Below are positions 52,496 through 64,000 of a stretch of 64,000 bases of DNA, in pieces. The translations under genes and the position numbers were made by a program. Positions within the stretch are counted from its first letter, which is position 1. Each line of letters starts with the position of its first letter. The notes beneath the pieces were generated by a model. That model did no database searches. It saw only the letters and a list, made by a program, of their open reading frames with translations, and was not told the DNA's origin. The stretch lies in the NCBI GenBank assembly GCA_963924565.1, contig OZ004612.1:9548001-9612000 (forward strand), written 5' to 3'. The DNA comes from Ascidiella aspersa (taxonomy: Eukaryota).

Positions 52496-52825
52496 CAGCG
52501 GTTCTCAACCCGTGGGCCATAAGAACATTTGAGGTGGGCCACAGGCCAATTTAAAAAAGCTATATTTAGTTTCATTTGTGTCATTATGTTGAATTTTACA
52601 AGATATAATGCCTTGGGAAGGAATTAAAAAGGAATGTAAATTTATTGTTCAGCCGCAGATAACTCACTAATGCACGGTTAAATAAATAATCTGTTTTGAA
52701 ATAAGTTCTGCTGTATTTTGTTCTAAACCTATTTTACAGATGTTTCTTTCATAAAAATTTATTTGGCCACAAAATTTTTTTGCAACGTAAATGGGCCACA
52801 AAAGAAAAAAGGTTGAGAACCACTG
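52496..52825. mobile_element. Non-autonomous hAT MITE with perfect 8-bp TSD
   Basis: TIR cagcggttctcaacc ... ggttgagaaccactg, flanked on both sides by ccctggta. Confidence 0.9.
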
Positions 52826-54651
52826 CCCTGGTATAAACAGATAAGTTCCATATGCGCAAAAGAGTTTGAAACGGGCTCTCAAGGATGTTGAGACAAGTCA
52901 TATATTGAACGAAAAAAAAAATGTTTATACGTGTAGGCCTATAGGCTATTCTAAATAAAATCCTGACAAGTTTAGGATAAGAAAAGCTGTAAAAATTGAT
53001 ATATACGCATGACGAGTTTGAGCTTTAAACTACAGGCTTGTTTTGGTGCTGATCCCCGTAAACGGTTATTTCGGATGCGGTTAGCATTTTATCCAACATT
53101 TTTTTACTGAAAAATAATTTTTTCACAAACTATAAAAACTCAAAACCAATGAAAGCCTTGTACACAATACTTGAATGATGATAATATATCTGGTTCAATT
53201 TTCAACATAGACACAACTATGTCGTATTTTATAGCTAGGGTCCTTCATTAATTGTGTTATTATTGGATTGGAGCCGATACATTTGCAAGGATTATTTCTT
53301 TATGGCTTATGTACGAAAAGCAATGTTCATTGTGGAGAGACTTAACATTACATCTAAAGTTACTTGTGTTTCACGTTTCTAGATTTTTTATCTAATACTT
53401 CGTTTGATAGTGGTCTCAACAAACTAGTCAATTCACGGTAATTTAAAAAACGTAAACTTAACAATGTGCAGACTGTATTTTGAAGTAAAAATGAAGCAAG
53501 ACACAACAATTTAAAACTTATACGTATGTCAAGGGTAAACACAATAAACAGCTGCAAACTGGGAGCAAGGCAGGAAATGAAACTTTAAAGAGAATAAGGG
53601 TGCAACTAAGAATAGATAAAATGCAAAATGTCTAATTCATACCAATAAAAAAGGCGATGCAAAGCGTGAAAACAAAGCGTTAACCACATTCTCGACTGAT
53701 ACTGTTACGGCCTAAATTATAGGAAATTTTAGGTTGGTGAATAAACGATTGTGGGGGAATTTCTCTGACTTAGCCTAGCCACAATTGCAGCCTGAGCTGC
53801 GGTGCAAACGATTTGAGATTGTTGGTGAAGAATTGTACCGCAATGTATCTGCTACAAACACAATCACAAAAATAAGCTTATAATAGGCACACGCAATGCA
53901 TTTGTGTCGGTATTTACCCAACGACTGGGCTTGTGTTTTCGTGTACCCAAGGCATAGACCGAACTTCCAGGGCGTTTTTTTCCAAACAGAACAAAATGCT
54001 TAATCACCAACAAGGCGTAACAGCTCTCGGAAAACATTTTTGTGCTTCTGCATATTATCAATGGAACAATGCGATTTCGCCAGAATAAATTTTTTTTAAA
54101 CCTAAAATTGGATCACTCTGCGTGTTTTGAATGTAAATTGAGAACAAAACCAAAAAGGCCTATATGAAATTATCAACTAAATTACAAAAACAATTTTTTT
54201 TTTACTACGGTACGTTCGAACACATACCTTAAGGCGCAAATAAAATACATTTGGAAAAAATATAGGGTTTTTTCAAAGACTTTTATTGTGTAAATCAATT
54301 CAAAAAAATTTAAAGATTTAAATAAATTGTGACAACCCTGGTTTTAAGGCAGTTAAACGACAAAATACTGCAATATAACGAAAAGTTGAGCGTACATACG
54401 AGAATGGTTGTGCAGCACATTGAAATTAAAATCGACAGGAAATGATTGAACAAAATTGTGCGGCAGCGTGATTAAAAAACAACGCTTTGTGGAATTTTTT
54501 AAAACTGGAAAACAAACAAATTTCAAAAGCCTTGAGCATGTCGCAGTGAAATTTTCTAAAGCTTAGTTAAATAATAATAAAAAATAACCCAATAGGTCAA
54601 TGATATGATAACCCTTCGTTGAGGCGATTTACTCAGCACTAAATATCTACG

Positions 54652-54943
54652 CCAGTGGTTCTTAAACTGGGGGCGCACCCCCTTGGGGGGCGTGTAAGGT
54701 TCACAAGGGGTGCGCGAAAAATTGGCAACTATGCATGAATTAAGACTAAACAGTAAGGCGAAGTGATATTTCTCTGCTACTGATCCTTGAATTAAACATT
54801 TGATATCCAAAAAACAGTTACATCTTTCGCAATAATGCAACTTACCAGGAAATATATGTTTTTTAAGTTTGAAACAAAGTGGGGCGCGAGTCTTGTTAAA
54901 ATTGTAAAAGGGGGGCTTGTCTCTAAAAGTTTAAGAACCACTG
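54652..54943. mobile_element. Non-autonomous hAT-like MITE; related partial copies end at about 10357 and 26367
   Basis: TIR cagtggttcttaaact ... agtttaagaaccactg; TSD not conserved. Confidence 0.75.
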
Positions 54944-55105
54944 AATTATGCGGATCGCGAATAAATACAAATCTACGAAGGTGTTGTCATTTTGAAGTAA
55001 GGATCCTGCAATTTAAAGATATAGGTAAAACCACAGAAGCAGAATATTGTTGACAGCGCTGGCAGTTTCGGCTTGAGGCAGCTTTACAGCTTTGCAGCTT
55101 TTCCG

Positions 55106-58100
55106 TCATAAATGTTCCAGGGTGAGAAAAAACTGCGATTTCATACGATGGCAAGTTAAGAAAGCAAAAACTTTATTTTGTTATAAATTACAGATAAATA
55201 AAGTCGAAGGAGGCGCATGATTAAAAAACAGCATGGCTACATTTTTTTAGTTGATTTGTTACTCGCTATCGTGTTGTAAGTTAGCCACAAGACTATTTTG
55301 GGTTGGCATTTGGTCAGGGGCGGGCAACTTCGAAACTAAAATACTTGGCGGGCCGGATTCCTGATCGATATATTAATTGTACTGCCATGGCCTACATGTT
55401 TTATCGCATAATGGCGGATAATGCTCTACTCTTTAAACACGGCAACACTTTCATTGCCCTGTAAACAACTGATATTTTATTGCTGACTTGAAAAAGTACT
55501 TCGGCATCCAATCTTTGTTAAACTTTACGTTTCTCGGCAAAATCCAAGGAATAATATTGATGTTAACTCTAAATCCAAATTTGGAACACACAATAAGATC
55601 TAAAAATCAGCAATACCTAAACCCCCCCCCGGGCCGTATGTTGCCCGCCCTGCATTTGAGGAAGGTGCAGTGAAATTCTCATTCTTTAGATACAATTTGT
55701 TAGTTTGCTAAGTTGTTAAATAAATTGTATTTTTTATTAGTCGTATATTGCTTTTTACAGTTTCAACCTTGAAAAAACCTATAATACAAACAAAAAAAAA
55801 AATCTCAAATTATTTTTTAGAAGAAAATTTGCTGAACAAAATGGAGTTTAAGCTAGGACTATATCACTGAATGGTAGAAATTAAGGCAAGAAATCGCGTT
55901 AACGCAAAAACATGTTGATACTTACTCGTGTGCGCAGCTGCTTTATTGGTGTGTTGCATTGTGTGCTTACAATATTTACTTTGCCATGTAGTTTAGTACT
56001 ACGTGTTTGTTAAGCAGGTGCAGCAAAAAACAAACATAACCTAAAGGCGACCCCGTGCTGCACAACAACATGTGTGACGAGGCGCAATCCAATGAAATTT
56101 ACACTAAATTCGCTTTGAATGGTAAAGTGAGAATAAACGACGGCCTAAACTGAAACGAACTTGCTTTTTGGCAATGACAAATGAAGCTTTTAGGCAAATG
56201 GCAAATGACCCCCCGGGAAAAATTTACACCAGGTCAAGGAAGGCTGATCTAAATAGTTAAAAGACGAACGAGTAAAACGTTGTAAAAACTAATTTTCATC
56301 ATAAATAGATGATATCGGCACTTCTTTCCGATGAAATCCGGCAACCCTTATAGGAAAATCATATAAAAAAAAAACGGAAGAGTAAAGGACAGGCCATCAT
56401 GCCTTTGTTCTGTCCGGCGCAGGTATTTGACCGAAAGTTAACAAACGATCGAAACAAAGGGAATAGTGGCGCCACAGCCCAGCGACATCTGACCTACTTT
56501 CGCGGGCTCCGTCGATAGATCGCGCCTTTTCTGATTGGTTAATGATTGGCGGTGATCCGAGGGCGTGTTGTGGGCAGTGGCTTGGCCTTTTGTGTGATTT
56601 AATGCCGAGTAACCAGCGACTTTTAAGGCTTAACTTTTATGTGAGATTACGCATTTCTACCGGACGAGTGAAACTGGGGGAGGCTAGGTTAACGTAAAGG
56701 ATAAGAAAGAAAGTTCACACCGCTTGGTTTTAAACGAATTTTCCTATAATATAAAAGCCTATTTCCAACCAAATCGAAAGTAAACCGCCAAACAAAAATC
56801 AAAATAATGTTGATAAGGGCAAAAGTGGCGATGCGCAAAATAACAAAAACAGTTGTTTTGTTTTATATTAGCAAAACGGGAATTAAACAAGAAGATAATT
56901 TTGGGGGATTATTCTGTTCTTTTAAAACGTAAAATTATCATATTCCCGGCCCTGGTTTGTTTAAAACCATATTTTTGTGTTTCATGTGTTAATAATGCCT
57001 GCGGTTTTGTAGATTCGTGGGGGTCACGTTTACGATCTGTGTGGGGGTTTATTTATTTCGGATGAGGATCATGGTCATCAAATATTGACAGTGTGTCAAG
57101 ACGGATACGTGACAGGATTTTTGCCTTGTGATATTGCCCCTGATAATGTTTGCGGGCTAAAATTTAAGACAACTCATTGATTTCTAAGGGGATATGTGAT
57201 ATACCAAGCAATATATGGCATTGCTCTAAAAGTCTAAACTAAAGGTTCTATCAGATTGCGTCGAATCAGAATATTTTGTGTAAAATTTTTAAAAGGATAA
57301 AAAATAAGTTACAAAGGGCACAGTCAATAATGAGTTATTTTACAATGCTTTTTTAAAAAATTGTTCTTGTTGTAAAATTTGAAACATGCGAGCTATTTGA
57401 ATTGTAGCAGTTCGTAATTAGCAGTCAGCGTTTCTGCGTTAGAGGTATAAGAGCATGTGTGTGGTAGTTAGAGGGTAAGTATATAAACTTCAATCGCGTA
57501 AACCCTCTGAGCAAGTTTACGAGTTCCCCTATAATAGGTTGTTTTACGACCAATACAGGCTTTTAAGGCAGTAAACACCAATCGTAACTACGGTTAAAAG
57601 GATACGACGATGTGCCATGGAACTGTGCGGCAGAGAACGGTGAGACAGCCCTTCCAAAACGCCCGGACTCCTTCCGATCTGTAGGTCTGCAATGTAACAT
57701 ACAAGTTTAGGTGTGATGACGCTTTCAGGTTTGCCACACTTTTTTATGTAACAAATTTGTACAAAGATACTTAAGACATTTCAAAGAAAGTTATAGGTTT
57801 TTAAAAATCCAAAAATTATTTACTCGGCGTGTTATGTTTCGAAATACAAAAAATTAAATACCTATACAAAACAAATAGTTTCACTTTTTTTAACACACAA
57901 AAAGGAACTTTTTAAACAACAAAACGCAACACCAAAAGGTTTTTGCGAACACTTAGGCTGCACATAAAATAATTTTAAAGGTAAAAAAAAGCTTTATTTT
58001 AATGTCAATTCAAAGACAAACAAAAATATTTAAAGCATAAAAGTGACTTTGTGTCAATCCTGTGTTTGGTTGCGATCTATGGTTCACATTTTGTTCGTGG

Positions 58101-61100
58101 TATTGCTTAAAATGATTTTTAAGTATGTACACAAAAAATCAGAGTTTGTTATATTTTCGTCAACTAAGTTTTATTTTCAAAGCGTAATACTGAAGAAACT
58201 TAACTGCCAACAAGAGTCTTAAGTCCACGACGTTGATATTTTTTTACTTCAAAATCTTCAGTATTTAGGTTAATCGTTTCGCAGTCACAGGAAACAAACA
58301 CTTGGGTTACGTTTTTGATAAGATAGATTCTGTCTCACGCGGGGCAAGCCGTTTTAGTTTCCTGCACACTTTACAAGTCAATCACTTGTCATATTTATAA
58401 CAATTAAGCCTCATACAGCGGGACACAAACCTATATTAAAAAGATTAAACAGCATTTGGATGAATTGCCAACAACAACGAGGTATGTCCATTAAGCTGAC
58501 TAATATACAATTTCCGTCATTTGAAGCACTGCCAACACCATATGTAGTGCATTAAGTGGGCAGCTTGCAAATGTTTGTTCAACATAAAACGATGGGAAAT
58601 ATACTGGTTGAATATATAACGGCAAACCGACATGTTTCCCAAACATCCGAGTCCAATATTTAACAATGGGATATTGATTTGTGTGGCGAATGCGACTTTG
58701 CGTAGTGTTCGTGCTGTAAACGACGAAGCCTATAACCTCAATGCATTTTTAAGGTGGCGTGTGTGTGTAAGTAAATACGAATTTCTTGCGATAAAAAAAA
58801 CTAGAAATCGATACGGCGTTATTTGGTCGTGTTTCCGGAGGAAGAAAATATGTCAACAGCAAAGCACTCACGTCACGAAAGCAGTGAAGGATGTTCTTGT
58901 AATGAACGCTGCGCTCCGACTGGTTCATCATTCGCGACTGAAAGAAAACAAACAAAATATGTTATTTACTTGACAAAGGGAAGAGATATATGTTGGCGTT
59001 TTCATAACGCAATACACGGTAATGATCTTAATACTGTTTATAAAAACAGATAGAAATGAAAATCATTTCTTAAAATTTTACAGAAATATATTTTCTTTAG
59101 ATCATCTGATACGAAAACAAGAATCTTTTTTTTACATTTTATTGTCTGCGGGAGATTCCTTACCTTCTAAAGTGTTTCAGTTTAATGCACGGTAATATCG
59201 TTTTTGAAGTGCCAATACTGTTGAATTTACGACTAAAAGCAAAAGCAGTGGTATTTCTGTGGTTAAACAGCACTCCGGTGAACTCTCTGCGAAAATAGGC
59301 CTAAATATTTCATGCACGACGTTTTGTCTCAAGCAAAGCAAAACGACGAACGTTGTTGATTCTAGCGTTTATTGCACGAGCACAATGGGTAACTGCTGAA
59401 CTAGCTTTGCTCGCATTCTTGCCAAAAGAAAACTTAACATAATGGAATATATACACCACAAGTGCAATAACACCTAATACAGCTGTATGAATTGCAAAAT
59501 GATCATTCATTCGTTACAACAAATCGGTTGCATTTACACAGTGTGCTCAGTTATACAGGAAACATTTTAAACCGGTCAACTTAGAGCGTAAACATTTTGA
59601 GGGTCATTTATGAAAGGAATCTGTGAACCCAAAATCTGTAAATTCTCTAAATAATGAATTCTTTTTTTAAAACAACTAAAATTTGTACAATCCTTGTACA
59701 TAAATAATTTAACAATCAAATCTTACAAAATGTACTTATTGTTATTGTACTGTAAAACGTATTACAAATAATTTTTTGGGAAAGGTTTGTTTCTGGCTAA
59801 TATAACAATTTACAAATCAATGCATAGGACGCTCAAAATTCCGGCACGGAAATCAGGTTGAAAACAATTGTTCCAAACCTACCTTTATAACTTCGAAGGG
59901 ATTGACCACCACCGTACCGACAAAGGAGGCGCAGGCTGATGAACTGAAAACAGATTTTGAGTGGTTAAAGTTGATCAAGTGCTCGCGGTAACCTAATTTG
60001 TGTCGAACTCTTTATATGCCACACGCTTCGGTTTCGGTAATTAATATGTCCAGCCTTGGTTACCTTTTGACACTACTATAAAAACAGCATGGAGTTCTCT
60101 ACTAAACGATGATTAATTCTATGTTTTTAAGGATATAACTTCCGAGTTTAGTTTAGCAAACCCTTATAATAGAAAAAATAGAATATTGTTGAACTTGCAC
60201 TATTTTTTTATCGCCTGTGTTTTGGGCAATTTCATCGTTGAAAGGGCCCTTTTTTAACAACAAAACAGAATAACAATCGCACAGGGGATTGGCACTAAAC
60301 AGCAGCAACGTTGCAAGTTCCAACAAAGCGGGTATCATTTTAAACGACGCAATATGAAAACAATCTCACATTGTGTACGACACAAAGCCTTCCTCGGCGC
60401 CGCACAGGATCGTCAGGCGCTTGACCTCGTCGTACACAGAGAAGGTAGTTCCCACCAGAATGCCAGTCCGTAGCACGTTCGGGACTAGACCCTGATAAAA
60501 GAAATAGCAATGGACATTTAAAGAGCTTGGAAGGCGTAGCGGATCTGTGTGGGTTCATTTCCCCGATAGAAGTAATCAAATTAAAGAAATCCCTTGAACG
60601 CTGCGATTAGAATTTAATCCTTTCGCAAACGTTAGTCGGATTACGCGGATATGGAGGGGGCCTCGTTCTCGAAGTTATGTTTTATACAAAAACGGGATAA
60701 CCTATTAATAATAATTTTTGAATTTGATTAATAATAATTTTACAATTTGATGCTGTCGATAAAGGAAAGTGTCGCGTTTGATGCGGAATTATTTTTTCGA
60801 AAACCCGAATGATGTTGACGATAAGAAAATAATGAAAACAGAGTTTACGCCATTTTCAAGTAACGCTTTTAACGAAACGTGCGAGCCACAAATAAAAAAA
60901 TGTTGGAACTACTTATGATTTAATTTATTTATGCAGCGTTTTTTTAATGTTTAATTCAAATAAAAATAAAAAAGCAACTAATAGGTAAAAAGTAAACAAT
61001 TTCCCAAATTTATTTTTTATAATATTAAAATATTTGAACATTTTACGTAAAAGTAGACAAAGAGTCACACGAAAACAACAATTTCAGGGCTTTACTGCAT

Positions 61101-63548
61101 TGCTTTTAACTTAGCATATAGCTTGTATTACTTACCCTCTTTAGGCCCTTCCAACGTTCGCAGTAAACCAGCTGACGAACGCAGGCGGAAAGTCTGGTGC
61201 CTTGCGTTTGCATTCGCACCTACGCAAATAAACAGCGCTTGTCACGTTTTGTACTGACAGGGGATTAAACCGCGTCGTGCCTGGCATTTTAACCACGCCC
61301 TAAACTGCTTTTGAAGTCTGATTTGTCAGATGATTCGAAATGCATTTCTAAAGACTATAATAAACCTGCTTTAGCAAAAATAATTTTGCCGACTTTATTG
61401 TTGTATTTTGTGCTGGTGTGTCTTAATTTTTCAGTATCGCAATTACGCCTTTAAATAGGACAGATACAAAAAAGGACAGATACAAATACTGACTATATTC
61501 CAATAAATACAAAGACAACGTTTTTCCCCTTTATGTTAACATTTTAGGTCGCTTTTCTGATTACAATACATTTCCTGTTAGATAAGATCGAACAGTCTCA
61601 CTTGCCGTGGACGAAAAGCCTACTTAACTAAAGATCAAATTAACATTGAAGTATAACGTTGTATCGCGTTTGACCCATACGGTATATTACATTGCGTTAA
61701 TAAAATGAGTGATAAATCTATAAATAGATTTAAAATTTACATTTCATAGCCCCTGATTCTATGAGATAGGAAGTGTATCGTTTGAATTTTAATTATAATA
61801 ATTCAAGACAGCAATGCGCGTCGTCAAACCATAGATTAATGCCCTATTGCCATGATTTGAATAAATGTAATTAAGCCTTTTTCGATTAGTCGCAACTTAA
61901 CTCCTTATATAGAACAACAAAAGTTGTATAGAATAACAAATTTGTAAAATACCAAAAACAAAATTTATTTCATATTATAGACATACGTCGTATATCGGCA
62001 AATTGAACGTATGAATAAAACGCCAGGACAGTTTTGTTGGCAAGAATATACTGTTAAAACAGATCGTTTGGCAGGTATTTAACGTAGGTTTGTTCTGCGT
62101 CATCCCAAGTCAGAAATATATCGGATTACTGATTAATTAGAATATTCTCCAACACATTTTTCACCAAAAAATGCGATGATTACCTGCAAAATAGAGCAAC
62201 AAATTACCTTAATAATATCTACAGGATTGCACACCATTGCGCTTGCCGAACCAGCGGTCAAGGCGAACACGAAATTGGCTCCAAAACTAGGATCGCCTGC
62301 AAAAAACAAATTGTTTTCTGTCCACATTGGGAGACCTTTTCTGCTTCTCTTATCCATGCCTTGTCTTAACAAGGTTCAGTGAAAAAGCGCTAACAAGTTA
62401 AATGGGTTTCAGACTAGACTAAAGGTTATTTGGGTCCCGGGTGCTCTCCCTATGCTCTAGCTGTAGTAAATGTGTTTTTTTGGGCCATCACATGTGTCAT
62501 TGTTGTTCTTACCACAGACAGACCCTTGTGAACTGCTGGGAGCTTTAAAGAGCCAAAACAATTGACCAAATGCTGCCTTTAGTAAAATGACTTTATTTTT
62601 TCTGTCATTGGCATTTAATTATTCAAAAACGAGTCAGGCTTTAAAGCCCAGCAATTTTCTGTACATAATCAGAACTAACCTTTGTGGCGTTTTTGCATTG
62701 TTTCATACAGGAATCGCTTAAGACCACCATAGGTGATTTGCCTAAATATAGCCGGCTTGAGCCTAAAATGTTAAAAGGAAGAGTTTTACTGAAATTTAGC
62801 ACAAATTCTTTTTAGTTAATAAACTCGTACTATAAAAAATAATTTCTATAAACAAAATGTGAGACACAACATGTTTGCAAGCATTAAGTTAAGCCATTTA
62901 TTTAGATTGAATTCTAGGACTTATATTGACATAATACACTCAAGTATGTTTAAAACTAGTAAATCAGTTTAATATTGCGAATAGATAAACTTTTTTGCAA
63001 AAATGAAATAACATTTATGACTTACCCTCTATACAATGCAAGACCACCTTCCTGGCGAAATATTTTAACAACTGCATGTGCAGGGCCCCTGTAGCGCAAT
63101 TTTGTATATTTGCTCTCCAATGCCTGTCCCTAAAAAGCCAAGACGTATAAATATATATATCTACTATCAGGAAAAAACAACTTAGATTCATTATACATAG
63201 CTATGAAATACACTCATAGCTCTGTTGAAGCAAAAAATGGTATTGGTTTTATCATTTTATGTCACACTTTTACCTGGGGGCAGTAGACAAATAAATATGT
63301 ACATAAAAAACATTGTAAGTGGTTAATTTTTCAGTCAGCACTCTGCAACATTTGTTGATCACAATTTTAACCTGGTTTTATAAAGGTAGCAATCCTGATT
63401 TTACATGCAGAACTGCTTCTCCAATAGGGCTTACCTGAATTTGTAACCTTGTTTTTGCCAAATCAAGAGGAAAGGTAACAGACTCAGCTGCCATAGATGC
63501 AAGAGCTCCATTGATGAATGCTTGCCACTCGAAGTAATCGTCTAGCAT
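55106..63548 (-). CDS. Mitochondrial carrier, SLC25A14/SLC25A30 (BMCP1/KMCP1, UCP-related) like, 10 exons
   Basis: Exons 63548-63435, 63129-63026, 62762-62680, 62296-62208, 61219-61136, 60491-60370, 59943-59883, 58937-58872, 57686-57606, 55132-55106. Three carrier signatures [24 protein letters not shown]. The N-terminus [33 protein letters not shown]...LRYRG is typical of UCP4/5/KMCP1. Ends PWHIV|FFLTLEHL*. Confidence 0.88.
55133..57605 (-). other. U12-type (minor spliceosome) GT-AG intron
   Basis: Donor GTATCCTTTT at 57605 (U12 consensus RTATCCTTT); branch site TTTCTTAAC at 55163-55155, about 20 nt before the CAG; no polypyrimidine tract. Confidence 0.85.
55315..55652. mobile_element. Non-autonomous hAT MITE inside the U12 intron
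   Basis: TIR caggggcgggcaac ... gttgcccgccctg; TSD catttggt / catttgag (6 of 8). Confidence 0.75.
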
Positions 63549-64000
63549 CTTTGTTGCATTGACAAACAGCAAACCACTTGGCCAACATGACAGAATTGCC
63601 TGTACTCCTGAATTTAAGCAGAAAAAGAAAAACACAACAGAAACAATAAAATCTGAGAAATATTATTAAGGCAAATGGCGAATATTGCATAAAAAGGCAA
63701 AGGGAGAGGGGACAAAAAACATATTTAAAACGTTACTTTACATTTAGAAGTTTAAAATGTAAAAATATTTAACTAAAGTAGTTCATGAATAAAAGCACCT
63801 GCAGAAAACAGTAACGCTAAAACTATCAATGAATTCTGATAATGCCAAATGCACAAGTATGTTGTATATCGTATATCTAAGGATGCCAAAAAACAAGTAA
63901 TTTTTCTCAAACTTATTAAAATAACACTAAAACACATAGCACTAATAACAACAACAAGCAAAATATGAATACAAACATTGATACCTGAAGGAACTGATTA

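Noticed and set aside
49600-55000. Numerous 60-112 aa ORFs in the region right of HSP70-B
   Set aside because: They lie in MITEs or AT-rich DNA, mostly start at non-ATG codons, and show no splice-consistent or domain evidence.
56645-56700. Alternative last exon for the carrier (cccag|TTT CAC TCG...)
   Set aside because: Encodes FHSSGRNA*, unlike helix 6; the 55132 exon has both the U12 branch site and the expected FFxTxExL.

Overview
Eukaryotic animal genomic DNA, AT-rich and gene-dense with spliceosomal introns. An ascidian/tunicate origin is my inference from the compact genes, apparent trans-spliced operon junctions, a retained U12 intron and mosaic CpG content. Left to right: an AidB/ACAD11-like acyl-CoA dehydrogenase (-, runs off the left edge); two tandem single-coding-exon death-domain adaptor-like genes (-), one with a RHIM-like motif; GLO1 and ADAT2 (+); a 171-aa single-domain 'short-chain' asparaginase (-) head-to-head with ANKRD6/diversin (+); an intronless PPP6C (-); two divergently oriented intronless inducible HSP70 genes with HSE/TATA promoters, bracketing a C2H2 zinc-finger gene (+) and a TTF/C17orf113-type zinc-finger gene (-); and an SLC25A14/A30-like mitochondrial carrier (-) whose last intron is U12-type. 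Introns and intergenic DNA carry many non-autonomous hAT-type MITEs with 8-bp TSDs. The most interesting candidates are a putative RHIM+death-domain (IMD/RIPK1-like, kinase-less) adaptor pair inside a probable SL-trans-spliced three-gene operon, and an intron-containing bacterial-type short-chain asparaginase. All gene models were assembled by eye from splice signals and reading frame; no database searches were run.
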